A DNA stretch of 61,715 bases, filler included, from Diploschistes diacapsis (Eukaryota): NCBI GenBank assembly GCA_023645945.1. It is 5 parts of 5 records of this genome, joined end to end, with 100 filler letters (N's around TTAATTAATTAA, not from the genome) between each part and the next. Parts side by side here need not be neighbours in the genome. Positions count along the whole stretch, not along the records: positions 32,597 to 58,419 come from JALAIB010000198.1; positions 58,520 to 61,715 come from JALAIB010001980.1; 3 more parts are not named here. The stretch is one strand, 5' to 3'. The translations under genes were made by a program, and so were the position numbers. Under the pieces are notes generated by a model. That model did no database searches and was not told where the DNA came from. It was given only the letters and a program-made list of their open reading frames with translations. Below are positions 48,501-59,668 of this stretch, piece after piece. The stretch's first letter is position 1. Every line of letters starts with the position of its first letter.

Positions 48501-49518
48501 GAGTTTGCGGAGATGGAGAAACGGGAGATCATCATTACCGACAGTTTGGATGCGGACACAGACCGTTATTACAAGCAACTGTACAGGGGGGTGTGGGCGT
48601 TTTTTCTTTGATAGGAAAATTAAGGAAGCATAGAACCACTCATCGCTCCTATCCCCCACTTTCCAACCCCGGATAAACAATGCTAACAGCATATCACTTT
48701 GACCTGTCGCCGTGATAAGAATCTCCATCTCAACCCGAGGCCGAAGCCAAAGACCAACTTCGCCGGGGGGGGTACAGAAATGGGAAAAGGGGGTCAAGAC
48801 GCCAACGACGACATCTTGGAGAAGGTGGGGGGGGGGGGGTTTTATCGACCCAACAAGAGCCTAGATGACGGTTTTTCAAGCAGGCGTGCGTGCACATTCC
48901 CAGCATCTGCAACCTCGTATGCACCTGTTACTGCGTGCCATCCATGCCGCTTTCCAGCTTCGATTACGGGGCTCGTTCATACATGGGACGGTCTGCACGG
49001 TGACTGTCATATCGCATCCCTTGCATGCTCGTATCGCATCGTGTACTTCTTCCCCCTCGAGGTGGTAGACTTGTGCCCGGCGGCGGTTCGACTGGCGGTG
49101 GCGCGGGAGAATTCACGGTTTGGGTGGCAGGCTCGCCCACTGCAAAATGTCCCTCGCAGCGTCCCGATCCGCTCGATCATCATGGTCCCGTCAGAATACT
49201 GCAAATGAAAGAAGCAAAGAGCATGCCGGCCAGATACTCTCGGCCCACCTTTTTCTTTTTTTTCATTCCCATCTTCTAACGCAGCAACAACGCCTTTTCC
49301 TTTCGCAGTGCTCGCTCGCTAAGTACATGCATGTATTGGTGGTTTTTTTTTAAAACATCATAGTCTTCATATTCCACTGCCCCATTCCCCCCCGTTCATC
49401 CCCATTGCATCACCTGAACCCCGTCCTAACCTTTCCCCACGCACGGCTGTGATCCGAGGCGGTTTCTCTTCACGGCACACACGCCCACCATCAGAGCTTG
49501 GCGGCCGCCCGAACCTGA

Positions 49519-50870
49519 CTAGGCGAAGAACTTCTTGAAGGCCTTCTTCTCCTTCGCATCCGCCTCCCGCTGCTTCCTCTTGGCGTCCTCCAGCTCCTTG
49601 GCGATGCCGCCGTCGCCCGGCATCAGCTTCTGCGCCTCCTCCAAGTCCTTGATGGCGTCGTCCTCGTCCTTCAGCCCCCTCTTCGCAACGGCCCGCCTGA
49701 AGTACGCCTTTGCCCGCTCCGCGTCCCCGATGTTGTCGCTGCCCTTGTTCGGCTTCCACCCCTTCTCCCCCGCTATCACGGCGAGTGCTTTGTCGCCGCT
49801 GCTCTTCGCGTCCTCGTACTGGCCGAGCTTGTTCTGGAGCAGTGCGCTGTTCGAATGGCATGTGAATCGCAGGCTCGCGAGCTGGACGTCCAGTTCCTTC
49901 GCCTTTTCTTCGCCGTCGTCGCCCTGGCTGTCGGCGGCTGTGGAAGAAGGGTACTCGTTGAGATAGCGGAGGGCTTTTTGGTACTTGTCGAGGCCTAGGG
50001 AGAGATCGGAGGACTTGAAAGCTTTGTTGCCGTACTCTTTCACCTCAGAAGCAATTTTGATGATTTGCGGGCCAGTCCACGAGGCATGGTCTGGCTGATC
50101 TTCGGGGTAGTCTTCGTAAGGATCACCAGTGGGGTCGGTCTTGGGAGTGGCAGCTAGGGCGGCATCGCCGGATAGCTGGCCGCAGTCTGGAGAGGCGAGC
50201 GTCAGCGGCCTTACAAAAGAAAGCTTCGCGGAGCTGACGACTCACTGGCAATCGTTGCTGGGGTTTGCGGCTTCTCTTTCACAGTCTTCAGGTTCTCGAT
50301 CTTGCGCACGATACTCTTACCGCTGATAACCTCGCCGAACACGACGTGCTTGCCGTCTAGGTGTCCGGCAGGGGCCGTCGTAACAAAGAATTGGCTGCCG
50401 TTTGTACCAGGTCCGGCATTGGCCATCGACAGAAGGAATGGCCTTTCGTGCTTGAGTTCAAAGTTCTCGTCGTCGAACTTCTCGCCATAGATGGACTCTC
50501 CACCGGTGCCATTGCCCGCTGTAAAGTCTCCACCCTGGATCATGAAGCCTTTGATCACACGGTGGAAGCCCGAACCCTTATAGCTCAGAGGTTTGCCAGA
50601 CTTGCCCGTCCCCTTCTCGCCTGTACAGAGGGCACGAAAGTTTTCGGTTGTTTTGGGAACAACATCGTCATACTATAAAGAGTAGGTAGGTTAGCTGTTC
50701 GAAAGACTAAAAGGAGTACGGGGAGTTAGGCTCACTAGCTCAAATGTGACACGGCCCTCCTTCCTGCTGCCAATCTCAATGTCAAAGTAGACGCGGCTGC
50801 GAGCTGTGAGCATGGTTAATATCTCTTCTCAGCATGTTCTCAGGCATTGAGACTTACTATCGGACGCCAT
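49519..50870 (-). CDS. cpr6: Cyclophilin-40 / peptidyl-prolyl isomerase D (PPIase + TPR)
   Basis: [67 protein letters not shown], then TPRs ([17 protein letters not shown]) ending KKAFKKFFA*. Three introns. Confidence 0.95.
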
Positions 50871-51527
50871 GTTGCCCAGGAGCCTTTGCTTTCGGTGACT
50901 ATTAAAGGAATTGCTGTGAAAAAATTCTTTGGACAACGGAGATCTAGAAGTTAAAGAGTCTATTTGAGGTATAGCTTCCTAATGATTGTTTTTTTGTGCC
51001 TGACTTACCGAATGTTCTAGCACCTGCAGCATAGGGAGTAGAGCTACCTACGGTTATTGGCGGGGTTGAGGCCTTGCGGCTCCCGCTCCAGCTCCATTCC
51101 ATCGTTGAATGATATACCGGCCTTTGTTAGTAGGGTACAACGCTGGCAGATGAAAAAATTAGGTGGCACTAAGGCTGCTGACACTTCCAATTCCATCTTA
51201 TTCATAGAAGTCCTGGTATCTAAGCTATATACAAGATGTGAAACGGATTGTTTGCATACAGTGAGCGCGTCATCAATTCGCATCTCCAGAACTTGCTAGC
51301 ATTGGCAGAGAACTAGGATGGTCGGGCAGCGCAAATGCTTTCATCGCTATCTCAGGTCGAAGCGAGGCTCTAATGCTCGTCACTAGATCCATTGCCCTGC
51401 GCTTTATCCTGTCGTAAGGCCCGAGGACAGCCCCCACTGTAGGAAGAAACGACTTGTGACAAAGGGGCCGAGCGTGTGAAATGCGTACTGGGTAAGGAGA
51501 TAGACGAGCTCACCCCTTACCTGTTTA

Positions 51528-54053
51528 CTACCTTTTGAAAGTAGCGCTCTTTCCAGCGACCTCCTTTCTCACCCGACCCAGCCCTTTGGGTGCATTCATT
51601 GCCTTTTTATATGGGTCAAAGACTGGGGCTTTGGCTCTCGCTGCCACACTGAGCTTCGCATGCAACACCGAAGGGGCCGCAGTATAATCGAATGGGGCTT
51701 CAGGCTCAGCGTCCGGCTCAAGCCCACTTTCCTTGCCAGTTGCATGCTCCAAATCTGCTTCCTTTCTTGCTAGCTTATTTGCTTTTGTTCTGCGGCGCTT
51801 TTCGTTGCGCCTTTGATATTTCAAGGCCTTGGGAGTAAGTTTTATTTCATTTCCTTCAGCCACGGCTCCTGTTACTTTTGGATCCACCGTACCCTGATCA
51901 TAGTCGGATGCTTTGCGTTTTCGGAGCCCTCCCTTTTCCCTTATAGTAAATACTTCCTCCTCTGACGGGACTTCTGGCTCAGGCAGTCCTCTCTCCTTGA
52001 CGTATGGGTGTTCCGGTGGCGCTGCAAGCTTGGTGCCTGCAAATTGCTCGTCGCCGTTTTGAGCGAACACTTCTGCGGTCAGATTAGGCATGGGTAACTG
52101 AAATGAGTAAGCCTGGATCTGCATGCCGTCAGGCGTTTCTAGCTTTCGACGCTTCTGTCCATTGACAGTGGCTCCCCAGAAGCTAGAGGCCTCTGCTTTC
52201 AACTGGTCACCTGAGATGTCCATATTTTCTCTCTTGGCAATCTCAGCTAGTGTCGGCTGCGGTACTGGTTGTACTTCCCTATGCCTTCTAGTTTTGTGTG
52301 CTTCGTACTCTATCGTAGCCGGATGTTCCCGAAGAGCGTTTCTCATGTCCAGGCCATTGGCACCGCTAGACTTGGCTTTCGCAATGACGTTCAAAAGTTC
52401 AGAGGCCCTCTTGCGTACGGGGTCAGAAACACGGGAGAGGCAGCCGTAAAGCTGAGGAATCTCGGAAGGCATTTCGCGGGCGACGGTATAAAGAGAGTTG
52501 TTCTGCATCACATGTTGAACGCTCTCGTCTTCCTTTCGTGCCACTTCATCCCGCCACCGATGAACGGCCTTGAAAACGGAAAACTGCTCCTTGGTGTATA
52601 CTGAAGATTGTCTGCTGAGCATTTGGTACCAACCGTTGGGACCCATCCCAAGTTCACCGTCATAGAAACATCGCTCATATCGCTGCAGGGCAACGTTCTT
52701 GGACTCTTCCATAACAGTAATTACGAGGTTTTCAGCTTCGGTGGACTTCCTGAGAAGCTCGTTTCGTAGATTATCGAACACGTACAGTAAAAAATGCGTA
52801 TCAGATCTCGCATACTCAAACATCTCTTTCGTCAATGGCCTACGAAATGTGTCAGAAACGCGAAGAGATTTTAGGTCAAGAATTACCTAATGCGCCAATC
52901 TGCGAGCTGATATTGTTTCTGAGCATTAAAATCAACAAATTTGTGGAGGAGAAAGGCAAGACTGCGCTTGGGGTATCCTAGGCAACATGAGGCATGGTAG
53001 GTATCGAAAAGGCCAACAACGTATAGACCAAGGTCACGTTGAAGCCACAAGATATCCATGGCAGCGCCGTGGAAGACTTTAACAATCTTCGGATCCGCAA
53101 AGACTTCGTTCAGAACCTGAAGATCTTCTCTCCATGGCTTAAGTGTATCAATGATCCAATCCCGTTCCCTGGTGCTGATCTGCATTAGGCATACGATGCC
53201 AACGTATGACCGCATGTCATGATGCTCTAAATCGATCGCTATCTCTTGCGCTCCCTTGAGCTCTGTCAGCATCGCATGGACACCATCAATGGTATCTACG
53301 TATGTTGCAGTAGTGCTTTCAAAAGGGCGCGGATATGTAGGTTCAGTCTGAGCATAGACGGAGGCTGGATAAGTAGACTGAATAATCTCAACTTCGTAGG
53401 GATGTGGGTACCTAAGATTTGTGTCAACCCAAGTCCTTTAGAGGGCCCACAAGTTCACGATAGAGCGACAGATAAGATTATATTTCATACTTCTGAACGC
53501 CGTTATCGGGGACAGCTGCGCACACGGTCTCTTCTAGGGGCTGGATAGCATGTGGCTTAGAACGTAATATTGGCTTGAAAACGGTTGTTTCGTTATTGTT
53601 TGGTGCGTTCCTGAAGAACAGCTGGGGTTTTGCGAGGTTGCGTTGTTGATTTGGCAATTGAGAGATCTTGGATGTTTTCTTTGCATCGACCGCATTATGT
53701 TCAGAGGCGCTCTCTTTCTTAATGACCCCAGTGTACTCATCAAGGCAGATATCCGCCTTTTCAAGGAGATTGTCAACGACGTCGACTATGCGTTGCCACT
53801 CGTCATCTACAGCGTCAGCATTGGAAAGATCAGGAGGGAGCAGATCTGTGCCATCGCTTGCGCTTCGGATCAAGCCTCTTGCCAGACCCAACAGTCGAGA
53901 GTTTTGCTTGTCTAAAGCTCTTGCAAGCTTAGGATTGGAGGTCCGGAGAAAGGCAAGGTCTTCATTGGCAATCTGGCCTGCAGTTCGTGCAGTGTTTACC
54001 AAGGCTGCGGTCAAGTCGTCGTACAGCTCCTTGAAGGAGGTTTCCGGAGTCAT
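51528..54053 (-). CDS. rrp6: Nuclear exosome 3'-5' exonuclease Rrp6 (PMC2NT, DEDD-Y, HRDC); introns 53412-53490, 52840-52886
   Basis: IVDVVDNLLEKAD..LDE, KPHA..PL, YPHPYE.EI, IAIDLEHH..RSY.G.VCLMQISTR, WLQRDLGLYVV.LFDT, YQLADWRIRPL, YARSDTHFLLY, and HRDC motif WRD..AR.EDES. Confidence 0.96.
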
Positions 54054-54287
54054 GCTTGACAGAGTTAATAGTAGAATGCGATAGCTGTTGCCATGGTATG
54101 TGATGCAGGATCAGAATCAGTATTATGCATTCGCAGAAAAGTTGTTTGCCACTGATTCTGCCAACTGCGGGAACAGGCGGTGAGTTGTCGGCATTTTCGG
54201 AATTTCATTCATCCCGCATCACGTGCGACCTGTTTGATCCCTTCATGTGGAAGGATGATACAAGACGCAGATGAGCATTTCTCTATC

Positions 54288-54738
54288 ATGTCGTCGTCTC
54301 TTGAGCCAGGTTGCAATGAGGTCAAGGAGTCAGTGAAGAGTGGTTTTTGTGCATACACTGTGCTGATTGTTTCTAGACGCTACGACTCCTGCTTCTTGAA
54401 ATGGTACACTGGTGGTAAGCCTTCTATTACATTTTCCACTTCGGTAATACTGAGCGTGCGCTCAGAGTACCTTCGTGGACAGTCGAAAATGGATAAATGC
54501 GAGGGCCTGTTCAAGGAATACCAAGCTTGTTTGACCGCAAGTTCAAGCCCCAATAGCGACCCCAGGCTTGGCTAAGTCTTCTCCTAGAAAGCGTTGAAGG
54601 AGCGCGGAATCGACAGTATGCTGGAGGAAGCACGAGAAAGCAGTAGGGAAAACGATACGAAGTATCTGGCGGGCAAAAAACGTATGATATATTCTCGGCC
54701 CTCCAGTTATACCAGGGCTAACAGTGCTTCAAGCATGA
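54288..54738 (+). CDS. mdm35: Mdm35/TRIAP1 twin CX9C mitochondrial intermembrane-space protein, 5 exons including a GC-AG intron (54537-54587)
   Basis: Spliced: MSSSLEPGCNEVKERYDSCFLKWYTGEYLRGQSKMDKCEGLFKEYQACLTKALKERGIDSMLEEARE...; CX9C pairs present. Confidence 0.93.
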
Positions 54739-55280
54739 CTTTGCCTGATCAACGGATATTAAGACTCCACTCATTCTACCTTCATTACAGCACTTGCTTG
54801 CTTTAGGAGTGAAGCAAACTAGGAACAATGCTCTTTGCTCTGGCCTTAAATCCAGGACCGAGTCCGACGCGGCAAAAAGGATCCCATATAGCAGCATCTG
54901 TGCTGGCTATATTTCCATATTGTAGTCCTTTGTTGTAGAGAAAAGCGTACCACCACAACTTCTGCCGGAACCACATCCGGAAAAGTAAAGTTGCCGTTAA
55001 AGCTCGGCGTAACCGTTTCTGCGGACCGAGAGCTCGAGAATTGTCAAAGGCTCAAAGAGGAGCTGTTGAATGAGGCCAATAACTTTATCACAGGCTATTG
55101 CGCCTTCTTTAATATCTGCCCATGTCGAATGTTGAATGTCTAAGCACACGATGTTGGCAACATAGGATGCTTGACCTGTGAAGCTCTCCCGCATTACCGG
55201 AGTGTTCTCCTGGACCTTTCGACATCAACGGATAACGATCAACTGCCCACCTATAACCAAGCTCTCGTCAGATTTGGTTC

Positions 55281-55682
55281 ATGCACCCTTTCTCTATACT
55301 GACTTTAGGCATATTTATTGCTGGATATATCACTGCGCGTTGGGATCTCGTTACACGGTTGTACGAGCTTGCCATTTTTGCTTGGGATCACGGGGTCGTC
55401 GTACGTACTCCGAGGCGAATATCCAGACCTCGAAGCCAAACACTGCCTCCTATACCTTGCTAATTCTAGCACAGATAAGAACGGCGAAAGGTGCAGCAAT
55501 CCTGACCGTTTTCTTCATCCTCCTAATTATCCCTGCCGAACGCATCGCTGCTCAGGAAGCTCTTCAGGTACGAAATGTCTCGGCCAAGACCCAACCATAT
55601 GCTCACATGTTGTTAGCATCCGAGAGCGAAAGAGACCGGCATCTCAGCACGCGAACAGTTGAGGCGCCGAGGATCTTTCTAG
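55281..55682 (+). CDS. Small (92 aa) membrane protein of unknown function immediately upstream of gpi1; exons 55281-55400, 55475-55567, 55617-55682
   Basis: Two phase-0 GT-AG introns with branch sites give MHPFSILTLGIFIAGYITARWDLVTRLYELAIFAWDHGVV|IRTAKGAAILTVFFILLIIPAERIAAQEALQ|HPRAKETGISAREQLRRRGSF*. Confidence 0.82.
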
Positions 55683-55701
55683 CCACAAGAACCATGATAC
55701 T

Positions 55702-58011
55702 ATGGTAGAAGGACATGGAGTACTAAGGATATTTTGGCCCCTAGATACCCAAAGGACGAAGCAGCAGGGCGTCATCGTTGGCTGGAGAAACTCGGACTCT
55801 GATCTATTTGTTGTCACGGTCCTACAAGATGTTGAAGTAATATCATTCCCTTCTTCTGCGTGGGTGACCTTAGATTGACCCTTTCACAGGCGCGTAAGGT
55901 CGACAACGCGCTGCGTGTCGAACACCTTTTTCGCAACAGCGCCCATCCGATGACGAGAATGTTCGAGCTCTGTGGACACAACTCCATGGCAGTGTTAGGT
56001 ACCGTCAATGGCCCGCCATCGACCTCCTTTGATCGATGGAATCTTTCAGTATACTTGGATCCGAAAGTCCAATTTCCAACATTATCATGTCCACCCAATA
56101 CGGAGGTTTGCGTGCAAATGATACTGTACCAGAAACCTTCCCCCACCAAGATGCAGTACATGTCACTAAGTCCCATCGCACTGGCTCTGGGCGACAAAGA
56201 TCAGGAGGATTCCTTCGACGAGGAAAATGCTCGTCTCCTACAGAAGCTGAAACTTCACACGGTGATAAAGTATGCGCCATCACCAAAGGAACTTGTCATC
56301 CCGAAGGTGATTGGCCAAATTAATTGTTCTGTCGAATTGACTACCCTAATGCTAAAGAACGTTCACCTTATTAATATTAGACAAAAGCGCAAATTGAGTG
56401 TCAGCGAGAGGGTAGTTGAATCTGCGAGTACTGCTTGGGATTTCGTATTGACTTGGCTGTGGACGATTTGGACGGTCTGGATTTATCCCATTATCACGAG
56501 AGTTTTCAAGACTGGACTTATCTGCCATCGTTTCGTTGCTGAAATCGTGCTGATGGTCCTGGATTTCCGCCTGCGGCCAGACTCGGCAGCACTCAAAGAT
56601 GTATCTGCGACGGCGCAACAAGTCGATATCCGGCTACAGCAATTCTGCTACTGGCCTATCCAATACACTACTCTGCAACGAAAGAAGAACGATTGGGATA
56701 GCGTGACAGACAGTCACCCCGATTACATCCGCTTTTACAACAGTCTCTGGCTTGTTGCGAATGATGTGATCATAGGCATCGCTCTCGGTTCCTATATCAT
56801 TGACAATGCAGACTGGACAGCTTCTTTCCTTAACAGCATATTATCGGAGTATACCATTACTGGTCTCAGGGGCATCATCGAATGGTTGACGGACTGGCCT
56901 GCCGGGTTGAAGTTGAATAACGAGCTTGCAAGCTTCTTGGCGGACCTTGTTATATGGGTTATTGAGTATTGGTCTGGTCAGTTTTGCCTTTAAAAGACCG
57001 CCTGTCCCTGCTGAATGTATCTAGTTTGTCTGGATGGCGTCCGGCCGCTTCTGCCTCACGTCATTTATTTCGTCGGCTTTTCGAGTTTCGCGGGTGCCAC
57101 GCTACCAATTGCTCTGTTCTCGGATCTGGCATCCTTGCTGACCGTTCACATATATGCTTTTTATATGGCATCCGCCAGGATCTACCGTTGGCAGCTCGAG
57201 ACCATTACCTCGCTCTTTCACCTTTTCCGTGGGAAAAAGCACAACGTGCTACGAAATCGTATAGACTCATGTGATTATGATCTTGACCAGCTTCTTCTCG
57301 GAACTATACTCTTCACCCTATTGGTATTTCTTCTACCAACGGTAGTGGTTTTCTACCTTACGTTCGCAACATCCAGGATGGCCATCATCTCTCTCAAGGC
57401 CGTGCTGGATACTTGGCTCGCTTGCTTGAACCACTTTCCCCTGTTTGCATTAATGTTGAGAGTCAAAGATTCGAGGCGTCTACCTGGTTAGCCTAACGCA
57501 ACGATAGTTATGGTCTTTGCTAACTTAAGATGGAGGTGGCATTTGTTTCGAATTACAGGACACCCAAATGATTAAGTCCAATAAATCTAGTGACCGGGCT
57601 ATTCCTCCCACCTCTTTCGTAGTACTGAAAGTCAGCGCCAAGCTCCCATGAAACAGTCAACCGCTAATCATACAGCAGTCCGTTCCCCTTCCCCTCCGAG
57701 AGATGTTTGACCAGTACTTCCAGCTCGGCGCCCGGTTACGCAGGCACTATCTATCGCCAAGAGTCCTGCTATGCCTGGTAACCGGCCGTTTCGTGCCACC
57801 GATCCATCGCAAGAACCTCTACTCCCTGCAATACAGCATGCTGCCCGCTCGCCGCGCGAGCATCCGAGAAGTCTGGAAGCGGCTTAACGAGGCGAACCCT
57901 GCCAACGGCAAAGCACGTGCCAATGGAGCCGTCAAAATACCAAACGGGGCGCACTTGCACGGTAGACGTGGGAACAGGCGGTATGACAGGACTCTGAGCA
58001 CACTTTCTTGA
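55702..58011 (+). CDS. gpi1: GPI-GlcNAc transferase subunit Gpi1 (PIG-Q), multi-exon
   Basis: LRIFWP...GVIVGW.NS..D.FVV, SATAQQVDIRLQQFCYWP.QY, YIRFYNSLWLVANDVIIG, WPAGLKLN.EL, SLFHLFRGKK.NVLRNRIDSCDYDLDQLLLGTILFT, NHFPLFALMLRVKD..RLPG|GI.F. Confidence 0.95.
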
Positions 58012-58419
58012 CGTTTGTTCGTCCGCTGCGGGACAGCGCTGGTGGCTACACAGAAGGAATAAATGTTGATATGAAGCTAGAGATAATGCAGGTGGTGCAA
58101 TGGGGTACTTCCAAGCACATACCTTAAAGGTTTGGGCGTACTACTAAAGCTGTATTATATGATGGATAAATTTGGAACATTAAAAGCAGATGGAAGCCGC
58201 TTGACATACACATTTTGCTACCATTAGATCCTTTACCTCCCAGCGCCATGCGACCGCTCAAACGCTTGGCGCACACCTACCATACGCCTGCAACTCTCTT
58301 AATGCTTTGCAAAAAACCAACTGCTTGATGCTAACCCCGTCCTTTCCGCAGCTGGCCATTTCCATCCTGTCCAACGCCAGACTAAATACATACTGATATA
58401 TATGTACATACCTCCCCAC

Positions 58420-58519
58420 NNNNNNNNNNNNNNNNNNNNNNNNNNNNNNNNNNNNNNNNNNNNTTAATTAATTAANNNNNNNNNNNNNNNNNNNNNNNNN
58501 NNNNNNNNNNNNNNNNNNN
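58420..58519. other. Assembly spacer
   Basis: N44-TTAATTAATTAA-N44. Confidence 0.97.
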
Positions 58520-59668
58520 CATACGCATATACCTTAAAAATAAAAAGATAGACTACGTCCTTAATAATCAACCACCAATATCGCCTATTGCAGACACCCT
58601 AGACAACTCAATATCATCTACCCCTACCGATTCAGATTCAGTTTTGAACAAAACACCTAAATAATAAAAGAAAGATCAATCTAAAGCAAACTACTAGATT
58701 ATAATCTATACGGGGGAGATTAATCAAGAACGTTTTCGTGATTTACTTACTACGAAAACTAAATAAGATTCTTTAAAGACAAAATACCAAGCGATAACTG
58801 AACCTAAACTTCGGTAATTAAACCTTACATTCGCCAATTATAAACTCAAGAAAGACACGACCATTCAGGAAACATAAATACATCTAATAAAACTTTCAAA
58901 AAAGCTATCGTATAAACGAAAAGAATACGTATTAAAAATTCCCTTTCAACAACTACTTATAGCATTACCGCCTAACTACGGAATCATTATCGACGCTATT
59001 AACACTTAAATCGATAATGTCTTATCCGCCAATATCGATTTCGATAAATAACTCAACAAGCTCACCGACAAGCAAGATAAACTAATAAAAGAAATTATAA
59101 CATATTTCCTGCGTCATAAAAGATCACAATACCCTAAAGGCTTCCGCTCTCGCTCTCAAGAACGATCCGACGAAAAACGACGCCGCCATTTTAGCCTAAA
59201 AAAAGAATATCTACTTTATAATAGCGATAATCATCGCGCGATACGATGCAAGCTCGCCAAAGAATTTAAAAAAATAGTCATCGTAACAAAAAACAAGAAA
59301 CGAAAGAAAAAGAAAGGATCCCGAGACATCCGCGACAAGAAAAGTAAGAATAAGCGCGCTTATAATGCAGAAGGTTTAGACGATAAAAGTTCAAAAAGTT
59401 TAGAATCTGAATTTAAACCTAAACCTTAATTATATAATGATAAAATTAATAATACAATTAAAAACGTTATTATTAAAAATAAAATTATTTCTATTAAGTA
59501 GATCGATGATACCGGCGCCTTATCACATATAATTAACTAATTACATTTGTTTAGAAACCTGACTCTTATTTAAAGACGATAAATCAAAATCGGAAAAAGA
59601 ATGTTCTATTTAGATTATATTAGGAAGGTTAAATTGAAGCAAGGTAATGGCGTTTTATATTTAAGATA
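58520..59668 (+). mobile_element. RIP-degraded Ty1/copia retrotransposon gag-protease fragment
   Basis: QQLLIALPPNYGIIIDAI (copia gag-like), RIP'd zinc knuckle EYLLYNSDNHRAIRC (Cys->Tyr), and protease motif *IDDTGALSHI...LF. AT-rich and stop-riddled. Confidence 0.78.

Noticed and set aside
25866..58519. Four identical TTAATTAATTAA palindromes flanked by Ns
   Set aside because: Artificial six-frame-stop linker from assembly, not a biological repeat. It also means linkage across these points is unproven.
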